Shown in pieces: positions 46,964 through 55,002 of a DNA stretch of 64,000 nt. Location of the stretch: the NCBI GenBank assembly GCA_020073005.1, contig JAIQFX010000044.1:20878-84877 (forward strand), in the 5' to 3' direction. The notes under the pieces were generated by a model. It was not told the DNA's origin, did no database searches, and worked only from the letters and a program-made list of their open reading frames with translations. The DNA comes from Terriglobia bacterium. GTDB taxonomy: Bacteria; Acidobacteriota; Vicinamibacteria; Vicinamibacterales; CAVVIG01. The translations under genes and the position numbers were made by a program. Within the stretch, counting starts at the first letter, position 1. Every line of letters starts with the position of its first letter.

Positions 46964-47485
46964 TCACCGGCGGTCGAACAGAGCCTCGCGAACCTGTGCG
47001 CCACAACCAGGACAGACGTCAGGTCGAAAGTCCTCGGGGTGCGCCTTCACATACGCGTCCAGCGGCTCCCACTCATTCGACCGCGGATTGCGGATGTTCT
47101 TGCAGACGCTGCACACGCCGAGCATGCTTTCGAGCAGGTACGTGTGTTTCAGCTCCCGCATCTGCCGGGCGGTGCGATCGATCAGCCAGGCAAACGACGC
47201 AAACACCGTGATGCGGATCGCGGCGTTGATCGATGACTCCTGGAAGCTCCACGGCGGATTCCAGATGGTCCTGAAGTAGAGGCGGCAGAGCGGAAGGACA
47301 ACCGCCAACGCGAGGCCCCAGACTCGACCGCTGAACCACGACGCGAGGCTGATCGGCGCCAGATAGACCACCGGGAACTCGATCACGGGCCCGGTCTCGT
47401 AGTCGATCGCCAGGCACGCGACGCTCAGCGCCACCCAGGAGAACCAGTGACCCCGCTTCCGCCTCCGGGGCTCAGGTTCAGCCAT
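46964..47485 (-). CDS. Small membrane protein with C-terminal CxxC..CxxC domain
   Basis: 3-4 TMs, then LGVCSVCKNIR..W..VCPGC. Confidence 0.7.
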   Translation of the reverse strand: MAEPEPRRRKRGHWFSWVALSVACLAIDYETGPVIEFPVVYLAPISLASWFSGRVWGLALAVVLPLCRLYFRTIWNPPWSFQESSINAAIRITVFASFAWLIDRTARQMRELKHTYLLESMLGVCSVCKNIRNPRSNEWEPLDAYVKAHPEDFRPDVCPGCGAQVREALFDRR

Positions 47486-47503
47486 GGAAGCCTCGCTTCT
47501 GCC

Positions 47504-48772
47504 TCATCGAAGCGCGCCGGTCTGGTACTTCAGCACGGAGGTTCGCGTCTGGTACTCGAACCGCGCGCTCGCCTGGGCGATCTCGGCCTGCGTCTTGCTC
47601 AACTGCGCCTGCGTCAGCTCCACGATCGAGCTCAGCCCGAGGTTGTAGCGCGCCTGCGCGAGGTCGAGCGCCTGCGTGGCCTGCTCGAGGAGCTGATCGG
47701 TGAGCGCCAGACGCTCGAATGCGCTCCTGGCGTCGAGCCAGGCGACGCGGACGTCGCGCGAGATCTGATTCTGAATGTCGAGCAGGCGCTGGCGCTCGGC
47801 TTCCGCCCGGAACATCGCCTCGGCGTGGCGCGCCGGGTAGAGGCTGCCGTTGAACACCGGCACGTTGACGTTCACGCCGACCGCGGCGTAGTGATCGTTC
47901 AGCGTGTCCTGCCGGTACGGGATCGCGCCGAACGCGCCCACGGCGCTGATGGACGGCAGCGCGAGGTCTCCCTCGGCGTCCGCGAACCGCGCGACGGCCT
48001 CCGACGAAAATCTCGCGGCCGCCACCTCCGGCCGATCGCGCATCGCGGCCGCAATCAGCGCCGTCTCGTCCTGCGGCGGAGGCGGAGGCTGCTGTTCCTC
48101 GACGAGCGTGTACTCGCGCTCTTCAGACGATCCCATCGCGGCGGCGAGGTCCGCGTAGGCGCCCTTGAGATCGTTCTGCGCCTGTACGAGCAGCAGCCGC
48201 GCCTCGCTCAGGTTCACGTTCGCGAAGCTGACGTCGAGGCCGGACTTCAAGTTGCTGGCCGCGAGCGCCGTCACCTGATCGGCGACGACCTTGCGCGTGT
48301 CGACGGTGTCCAGCGCGACGCGCTGCACGGCCTGCGCGCGCATCACGTTGAAGTACGCGCGGTCGACGCGGACGAGCACGTCGGCCTTCCGGCTCGAGAC
48401 GGTCTGATCCTGCGCCTGCGCGAAGAGCGACGCGCTCTCGGAGAGCGCGTGGGTGCGTCCGAAGTCGGTGACCATCTGGCTGATGGTCACGCCGGTCGCA
48501 AACCGATCGTAGATGACCGGATTGTTCAACCCGCCCGCGGCGATGCGGCTGGCGTTCTGCGAGTCGGCGCCGGTCACGCTGCCGTAGACCGTCGGAAAGT
48601 ACGTCGAGCGCGTTTCGCGCACGACTTCGGCCGCGGCTTTCGCCGAGGCCTGCTGCTGCTGGATCTGCGGGTGATGCTGCAGCGCCGCGTCTTCGGCCTG
48701 CTTCAGCGTCAGCGTCTGCGCCGCCGCCGGCGCGGCGGCGAGCAGGCCAATCAACACGAACGCGCGTCTCAT
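47504..48772 (-). CDS. TolC-family outer membrane efflux protein
   Basis: LTLKQA..AL..HP, ARYNLGL, VPVFNG; ATG 48772. Confidence 0.9.
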   Translation of the reverse strand: MRRAFVLIGLLAAAPAAAQTLTLKQAEDAALQHHPQIQQQQASAKAAAEVVRETRSTYFPTVYGSVTGADSQNASRIAAGGLNNPVIYDRFATGVTISQMVTDFGRTHALSESASLFAQAQDQTVSSRKADVLVRVDRAYFNVMRAQAVQRVALDTVDTRKVVADQVTALAASNLKSGLDVSFANVNLSEARLLLVQAQNDLKGAYADLAAAMGSSEEREYTLVEEQQPPPPPQDETALIAAAMRDRPEVAAARFSSEAVARFADAEGDLALPSISAVGAFGAIPYRQDTLNDHYAAVGVNVNVPVFNGSLYPARHAEAMFRAEAERQRLLDIQNQISRDVRVAWLDARSAFERLALTDQLLEQATQALDLAQARYNLGLSSIVELTQAQLSKTQAEIAQASARFEYQTRTSVLKYQTGALR

Positions 48773-51700
48773 CGAGCCCTCCGGTACACGAGCAGGTACG
48801 CGGCCGGCACGATGAAGACCGTCAGCCCGACCGACACGATCAAGCCGCCGATGATCGCGCGCGCCAGCGGCGCGTACGCCTCGCTGCCGATGCCGAGCTT
48901 GAGCGCCATCGGTACGAGACCGATGATCGTCGCGAGCGACGTCATCAGAATCGGGCGCAGCCGGATCCGGCACGAATTCACGACGGCGTCGAGCAGCGGC
49001 ATGCCGTCCGCCTCGAGGCGATGCGTGAACTCGACGATGAGGATGCTGTTCGACACGACCATGCCGACCATCATCAGCACGCCCATCAGCGACTGCACGT
49101 TGAGCGTCGTGCCGGTCAGCCAGAGCGCGAGCAGCACGCCCGTGAGGCCGGTCGGCACCGCGAGCAGAATCAGGAACGGATCGACGAACGATCTGAACTG
49201 CGCGACGAGAATCAGGTAGAGCAGGACGAGCGCGAGGATCAGGCCGAGCGCGAAGCTGGTGAACGACGCCTGCATGCCCTGCACCATCCCGCGCATCGCG
49301 ACGCGCACGCCCGCCGTCCGCTTCATCGACGCGAGCACACGGTTGATGCCGCCGGCGAGCGTGCCGAGATCCTCGCCGATCGGGTTTACGTAGATGTCGA
49401 TCACGCGCTGAATCTGGTAGTGATCGATTTCGGTCGGCGACTTCATCGGCGTGATGGACGTCACCGCGTCGAGCAGCGTCGGGTCCTTCACCCGCATGGC
49501 GTGCAGCGGCATGTTCCGCAGATCGAGCAGGCTCTTGATCTCATCCTCGGGATACTGCACCGTCAGCATGTAGTCGTTGCCGCTCTTCGGGTCCACCCAG
49601 TAGCTCGGCGCGATCATCTGGTTCGACGTCAGCGCCGTGATCACGTTGCCCACGACCTCGCGCTGATCGAGACCGAGCTCCGCCGCGCGCTCGCGGTTGA
49701 TGTCCAGGCGCAGCGACGGGTAATCGAGATCCTGCGGAATGAAGACGTCGCTGGCGCCGGGCAGCTTCCGGATGTCGGCCGCGAGATCGGTGGCCGTGTT
49801 GAACACGGCGTCGAGATTCGATCCGCTGAGCTGGACGTCGATCGGCGCCGGCAGCCCCTGGTTCAGGACGGCGTCGACCATGCCGCCCGACTGGAAGTAC
49901 GTGCTCAGGTGCGGCAGCTCGCTGGCGATCGCGCGTCGCGTGCGCTCCATGTACTCGTAGCTGCCGACGCGGTGGTTCTCCTTGAGCGCCACCTGCACGG
50001 TCGCCGTGTGCGGCCCGGCGTTGCTCGTGTAGATCGACGAGAAGCCCGGCTGGACGCCGATGTTCGACGCGATGAGGTCCAGATCCTCCGGCGCGACGAC
50101 CTTGCGCACGAGCGCTTCGACGCGATCGACGTCGCTCGTCGTGACCTCGATCCGCGATCCCGTCGGCGACTTCACGTTGATGACGAACTGGCCGGCGTCG
50201 GTGCGCGGGAAGAACGCGACGCCGAGGAGCGGATAGAGCAGCAGGCTCACCAGGAACAGCGCCGTGATTGCCGCGACGACGAGCCGCGGCGCGACGAGCG
50301 CCTTTCGCACCGTCTGCTCGTACCAGGTCAGCAGCCGGCCGAATTGAGCGGCGAACGCGGCGTTGAAGCGCTGGCCGAACGACAGCTTCACGCCCGGCAC
50401 GGCGTTCGCGCCTTCGGGATGCCCGGCCGGATCGTGAGTGCCGGGTTCGGCCGGACCGTGACCCTTCATCAATCGCGCGCAGAAGAGCGGCACGACCGAG
50501 CACGCGACGAAATACGACGCGACGAGCGACAGGACGACCGACAGCGCCAGCGCCGAGAACAGGAACCGGCTCACGCCGTAGAGGAACGTCACCGGGAAGA
50601 ACACGACCGAGCTCGTGAGCGTCGCGGCGAGCACGGCCATCGCGACTTCCTCGCCGCCCTTCTCGGCCGCGATCTCGGGCGGCTCGCCCATCTCCAGGTG
50701 CCGGAAGATGTTCTCGAGCACGATGACGGCGTTGTCGATCAACCGCGAGAACACCAGCGCGAGGCCGGCGAGAATCATCGTGTTGATCGAGCTGCCGCCG
50801 AAGTAGAGCATGATGAACGCGGCGAGCGCCGAGAGCGGAATCGACAGGAACACCGCGACCGTCGCGCGGAAGCTGCCGAGGAAGACGAGCACCATCACAC
50901 CGGTCAGCAGCAGGCCGACGCCGCCTTCGCGCACGAGCGTCTCGATCGCGCGCTTGACGAAGAGCGACTGATCGAACACGACCGACGGCACGAGCTGCGA
51001 CGGAACGTCCACGAGCCGGCCGACGAGGTCCTTGATGCCGTCGACGACGGCGATCGTGTTCGTGTCGCCGCCCTGCTTCATCACCGGCAGGTAGACAGAC
51101 GGCTGGCCGTCCACCTTCACGACGTTGACCTGAATCTGGTGGCCGTCCTCGGCCCAGCCGACGTCGGAGACGCGGACGGTCGACTGGCCGACGGCTTTCA
51201 GCGGGATCTGATTGATCTCGGGAATGGTCCGGAACTGGCTGTTGGTGAAGATCGTGTAGTCGAACGGCCCGAGCTTGACGTCACCCGACGGCAGAATCAG
51301 GTTGGCGTTGTTGACCGCGCGGACGACGTCCATCGGGCTCATCTCGTACGCGTGGAGCTTCGACGGATCGACGTAGACCATGATCTGCCGGTACTTCCCG
51401 CCGAACGGCGGCGGAATCGACGCGCCCGGTACGCTCGCGAGCTGGTTGCGGACGGTGAACTGCCCGAGGTCGCGCAGCGCGGTCTCGTTCAATCCTTCGC
51501 CCTTCAGCGTGATGAGGCACACGGGCAGGCTCGACGCGTCGAACTTCTGCACGATCGGCGGCAGCGTGCCCGGCGGCAGCCGTCGCAGGTCCGCCATCGC
51601 GAGGTTCGAGATCTCGTTCACGTCGGAGTCGGCGTCGGTGCCCGGCTGGAAATACACCTTGATGATGCTGACGCCCGGGAGCGACCGCGACTCCATGTGA

Positions 51701-51927
51701 TCGATGCCGGCGCCCAGCGTGAAGAAGCGCTCGAACCGCCCGGTGATGTCGGTCTCGATCTGCTCGGGCGGCATGCCGTTATAAAACGTCGCGACGACGA
51801 CTTCGGGAATGTTGATGTTCGGAAACAGATCGACCGGCATCCGCACCACGCTCGTCAAGCCGATGACGATGACGATGAGGCAGATGACGACGATCAGGTA
51901 CGGATTGCGGATCGAGAAACGCGCCAT
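48769..51927 (-). CDS. RND efflux permease (AcrB/CusA superfamily)
   Basis: MPVDLFPNI, SIPLS, IDNAVIVLENI, RLRPILMT. Confidence 0.93.
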   Translation of the reverse strand: MARFSIRNPYLIVVICLIVIVIGLTSVVRMPVDLFPNINIPEVVVATFYNGMPPEQIETDITGRFERFFTLGAGIDHMESRSLPGVSIIKVYFQPGTDADSDVNEISNLAMADLRRLPPGTLPPIVQKFDASSLPVCLITLKGEGLNETALRDLGQFTVRNQLASVPGASIPPPFGGKYRQIMVYVDPSKLHAYEMSPMDVVRAVNNANLILPSGDVKLGPFDYTIFTNSQFRTIPEINQIPLKAVGQSTVRVSDVGWAEDGHQIQVNVVKVDGQPSVYLPVMKQGGDTNTIAVVDGIKDLVGRLVDVPSQLVPSVVFDQSLFVKRAIETLVREGGVGLLLTGVMVLVFLGSFRATVAVFLSIPLSALAAFIMLYFGGSSINTMILAGLALVFSRLIDNAVIVLENIFRHLEMGEPPEIAAEKGGEEVAMAVLAATLTSSVVFFPVTFLYGVSRFLFSALALSVVLSLVASYFVACSVVPLFCARLMKGHGPAEPGTHDPAGHPEGANAVPGVKLSFGQRFNAAFAAQFGRLLTWYEQTVRKALVAPRLVVAAITALFLVSLLLYPLLGVAFFPRTDAGQFVINVKSPTGSRIEVTTSDVDRVEALVRKVVAPEDLDLIASNIGVQPGFSSIYTSNAGPHTATVQVALKENHRVGSYEYMERTRRAIASELPHLSTYFQSGGMVDAVLNQGLPAPIDVQLSGSNLDAVFNTATDLAADIRKLPGASDVFIPQDLDYPSLRLDINRERAAELGLDQREVVGNVITALTSNQMIAPSYWVDPKSGNDYMLTVQYPEDEIKSLLDLRNMPLHAMRVKDPTLLDAVTSITPMKSPTEIDHYQIQRVIDIYVNPIGEDLGTLAGGINRVLASMKRTAGVRVAMRGMVQGMQASFTSFALGLILALVLLYLILVAQFRSFVDPFLILLAVPTGLTGVLLALWLTGTTLNVQSLMGVLMMVGMVVSNSILIVEFTHRLEADGMPLLDAVVNSCRIRLRPILMTSLATIIGLVPMALKLGIGSEAYAPLARAIIGGLIVSVGLTVFIVPAAYLLVYRRAR

Positions 51928-53141
51928 TACGGTTTTCCTTCCGCGGCCTGGGTCTCGCTGACCTTCGGCGTGGCGGCGGTGCCGGCTTTCAACTGACTGC
52001 GGCTGCCGACGACGACGAGGTCGTTTTCAATCAGCCCCGAGGTGATTTCGACGCGATCCGGCAGCTCGAGGCCGGTCTTCACCGCGCGGCGCTCGAGCGT
52101 GCCGCCGTTGACGACCATCACGCTGGTCTTCTGTTCGTCACGATCGAGCGCCTGCACCGGCACGATCAGCGCGCCCGTGATGCGATCGAGCGCGATGTCC
52201 GCGTACGCGTACATGCCGGGAATCAATTCGAGGTTCGCGTTGGCCACGTCCACCTCGGTCTCCATCGTCCGGGTATCGGCGCTGAGTCTTTCGGCGAAGC
52301 GCGCGATCTTTCCGGGATACGTGCGGCCGAGCGCCTGCACGCGCACGTCGACCGGTTCGCCGAGCCGGATGCGCGTGACGGCGGATTCGGGAACAGGAAT
52401 CGTCAGGCGGAGCAGCCGGTTCTCCGACAGCCTGACGATCGGCATCGTCTGCGTCTGCGACGCGGTGCCGGCCTGAATCATCGCGCCGGTGTCGGCGTAG
52501 CGATGCGTGATCACGCCTTCGAACGGCGCCGTGATGCGCGCGTACGCGAAGAGCGTCTGCGTCTTGTTCTGCGTCGCTTTCGAGACCTCGAGTTGCTGTT
52601 CGGCAGCGGCGAGCGTGGCCTGAGCCGTCGCCACCTGCGCTTCGGCGATGCGATCGCGCGCCGTGGCATCGTCGACGTCCTGCTGCGCGACGAGGTTGGG
52701 CCGTTCCTTGATGACGGCGGCCAGCCGCGTCGACGAGAGGTGCGCCACCTGGTGCGCGGACTCCGCGCGTTCGAGATCCGCTTTCGCGCGGCGGATCTCT
52801 TCGGCGTTCCGCCGGACGGCGGCATCGTCCTGGCGCATTTCGTCCTGCAGCTCGGGAATCTCGAGCACCGCGAGCAGCTGTCCCGCCTTCACGCGGTCGC
52901 CGACGTCGACCCCGATCGATTTCACGTAACCGGCGACCTTCGCGTGGACGTCGATCTCCTGGTACGGCCTGAACTCGGCCGCCAGCGACAGCGTCTGCGT
53001 CAGGTCGCCGCGCGCGACCCTGGCCACCGCGACGGTCGGCGGCGCCGCGGCCGACTGATTGTCGGCGGCGCGCGTGGAGGAACAGCCGGCGCTCGCCAGC
53101 GCGACGCCGAGGATGACAGCCGTAACGTGTGTCGTCGTCAT
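51927..53141 (-). CDS. RND periplasmic adaptor (MFP), lipoprotein
   Basis: Lipobox SAGC, VDVGDRVKAGQLLA, ITAPFEG, LIPGMY; ATG 53141. Confidence 0.92.
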   Translation of the reverse strand: MTTTHVTAVILGVALASAGCSSTRAADNQSAAAPPTVAVARVARGDLTQTLSLAAEFRPYQEIDVHAKVAGYVKSIGVDVGDRVKAGQLLAVLEIPELQDEMRQDDAAVRRNAEEIRRAKADLERAESAHQVAHLSSTRLAAVIKERPNLVAQQDVDDATARDRIAEAQVATAQATLAAAEQQLEVSKATQNKTQTLFAYARITAPFEGVITHRYADTGAMIQAGTASQTQTMPIVRLSENRLLRLTIPVPESAVTRIRLGEPVDVRVQALGRTYPGKIARFAERLSADTRTMETEVDVANANLELIPGMYAYADIALDRITGALIVPVQALDRDEQKTSVMVVNGGTLERRAVKTGLELPDRVEITSGLIENDLVVVGSRSQLKAGTAATPKVSETQAAEGKP

Positions 53142-53839
53142 GTGCGATGTACCTTTGAACCGTTGATGATCGCGCGGAGCCCTTCGATGGAAAACTCCGC
53201 CGATTTGCAGAAGTCGATCACTCGCTGCTCGCGCGCCTGCATTTCCTGCGCGACCCAGGGAATCTCGGCCGCGATCGCCGGCGGGATGCTCTGCAGGCCG
53301 TGACAGTCGCCGAAGAGCATGTCTCCCGTCCGCACGCTCAAGCCGGCGACTTCGACGGGCTCGCCGAAATCGACGATGTGCACGTACGCGTGCGAGACCG
53401 AAATCGATCCGGCGAACAACTGCAGGCCCGTGCGGCCGACGCCGTCGAGATCGCGCACCGCGCCGTTGGTCGCGTACGCGTGGCAGTCGAGCGCGCGGAG
53501 GATGTTGGCGTGCACCTCGCCGACGAGCGCGCCGCGGCCGATGAAGTCGTCGACGTCCTGGACGACGATGATGCGCGGCGCCGGCACCGTGCCGATATAG
53601 GTCCACCAGTCGGTGCGGTCGAAGTAGTTGTGGCCGACGGGCGGCGGCGTCGACGCGCGAATGCGCGCCGTGACCGCGTGACCGACCACCGGCGCCTGGC
53701 GTTCGAACAGGCAGCGGATGCGGCCGTCGGTGAACCCCTCGTTGCGGAGCCGGACGTCGAACGTTTCGATGGCATTCGCGATGGCGCAGCCGTCAAGTCG
53801 GCGAAGCGCGGTCGCGAGACCGGCGTCGAGTGCGTGCAT
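53138..53839 (-). CDS. RraA/HMG-aldolase family protein
   Basis: VGHAVTA, ALVGEV, TNGAVRD, GDMLFGDCHG. Confidence 0.82.
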   Translation of the reverse strand: MHALDAGLATALRRLDGCAIANAIETFDVRLRNEGFTDGRIRCLFERQAPVVGHAVTARIRASTPPPVGHNYFDRTDWWTYIGTVPAPRIIVVQDVDDFIGRGALVGEVHANILRALDCHAYATNGAVRDLDGVGRTGLQLFAGSISVSHAYVHIVDFGEPVEVAGLSVRTGDMLFGDCHGLQSIPPAIAAEIPWVAQEMQAREQRVIDFCKSAEFSIEGLRAIINGSKVHRT

Positions 53840-53857
53840 GAATGAGACTCCTCGCGC

Positions 53858-53954
53858 AGTCCGCCTGCGGCGGACACTACCGAACACGAGTCCGCCTGAA
53901 GGCGGACACTACGGCGGAGAAATGGACCAGTCGTGGCGGCCGGCTTCAGCCGGC
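53858..53954. repeat. Cluster of GTAG-type REP-like palindromes
   Basis: agtccgcc-tgc-ggcggacactac 53858-53880, agtccgcc-tgaa-ggcggacactac 53889-53912, inverted degenerate copy 53933-53954. Confidence 0.8.
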
Positions 53955-53961
53955 TCCGGTC

Positions 53962-54273
53962 CTAGGCGAGGGGCGGCGCGCGAAGCGCTTCGGGCGGAGC
54001 GGTTTCCGGCGAGGGAACGGGATCGCGGTCGGCGACGGGGCACACGCGCTCGATCGTGGGCGTCGGCGCGGCGAGCGGCTCGCTCGAGGCGACCGGGCGC
54101 GGCATGTCGATCAGGATCTTCGAGGGCGGACAGTCCGCCGACTTGCTGAACGACGCGGTCAGGGTTGCGGCCGTCGATCGTTGGTCGAGCTGCTGGTACA
54201 CGCGCGTCAGCGAGGGCACGCACAGCAGGACGAGCACGAGCAGCGCGGCGAACGGATGGCGCACGAAACTCAC
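53962..54273 (-). CDS. Leader ORF with N-terminal signal/TM and C-terminal RAPP motif (candidate arrest peptide)
   Basis: FAALLVLVLLCVP, Pro-rich linker, ends ALRAPPLA-stop; start GTG 54273 or 54264. Confidence 0.65.
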   Translation of the reverse strand: MSFVRHPFAALLVLVLLCVPSLTRVYQQLDQRSTAATLTASFSKSADCPPSKILIDMPRPVASSEPLAAPTPTIERVCPVADRDPVPSPETAPPEALRAPPLA

Positions 54274-54341
54274 TCTACGTCCGTTAGCCGTTCAAAAGCA
54301 ACGGTTTGGCCTGTAGCGTGTTCCTTACTCGGGGTCGCGAA

Positions 54342-54776
54342 TCACCCCTCGCGAACTTCTGGCTCGAGGCGGATCGGCGTCGAGAGCGACGCCGAAACGA
54401 GACACGCCTTCTCGCTCTTCTCCATGACGCGCAAGGCCCGCGCGTGATCCGTGCCCGGGGCGACGGTCATCCGCGGGCGCAGGACGATCTCGGTGAACCG
54501 CGTGACGCCGTCCACACGATCGACCGTGCCCGCGATGTCGACGTCGAGCGCCGTGAACTGCACTTTCGACAGGGCGGCGACCGAGCGGAGCGTCAGCATG
54601 AAGCACGTCTCCACGGCCGCGAGCAGCAGATGCTCGGGACTCCACGCGTCGCCGGGGCCGTCGAAGTCCTTCGGCGCCGCCGCGGACAGCTCGGGCAGCC
54701 CGTTGGTCGTCAGCCGGACGTATCCCGTGGGTCCGCCCGCGAGGTGCGCGTCGTAATGATGAGGAAAGGGTTGCAT
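54342..54776 (-). CDS. OsmC/Ohr family protein
   Basis: FDGPGDAWSPEHLLLAAVETC and KACLVSASL (two Cys). Confidence 0.88.
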   Translation of the reverse strand: MQPFPHHYDAHLAGGPTGYVRLTTNGLPELSAAAPKDFDGPGDAWSPEHLLLAAVETCFMLTLRSVAALSKVQFTALDVDIAGTVDRVDGVTRFTEIVLRPRMTVAPGTDHARALRVMEKSEKACLVSASLSTPIRLEPEVREG

Positions 54777-54792
54777 GAGGCCGAGGTCTCCT

Positions 54793-55002
54793 TCAGTGCG
54801 CGATGGGACTGCGCTGATCGGGCACGCCCGCCGATCGCAGAATCGACATCATCGGGCACCAGCCCGTGAACGCCGACTGCGTGAGGTTTACGCCGACGAA
54901 CAGCGTGAACCACAGAAAGTACGGATGCACGAACATGCCGAGCAGCACGCTCGCGGCGACGAAGACGCCGGCGATCAGCCGGATCATCGGTTCAACGGTC
55001 AT
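54793..55002 (-). CDS. DUF2892/YgaP-like small membrane protein
   Basis: [29 protein letters not shown]. Confidence 0.85.
   Translation of the reverse strand: MTVEPMIRLIAGVFVAASVLLGMFVHPYFLWFTLFVGVNLTQSAFTGWCPMMSILRSAGVPDQRSPIAH

Noticed and set aside
53858-53912. Two near-identical palindromic repeats as a mini CRISPR array
   Set aside because: Spacer is only 8 nt, there are no cas genes, and the GTAG end is typical of REP elements.
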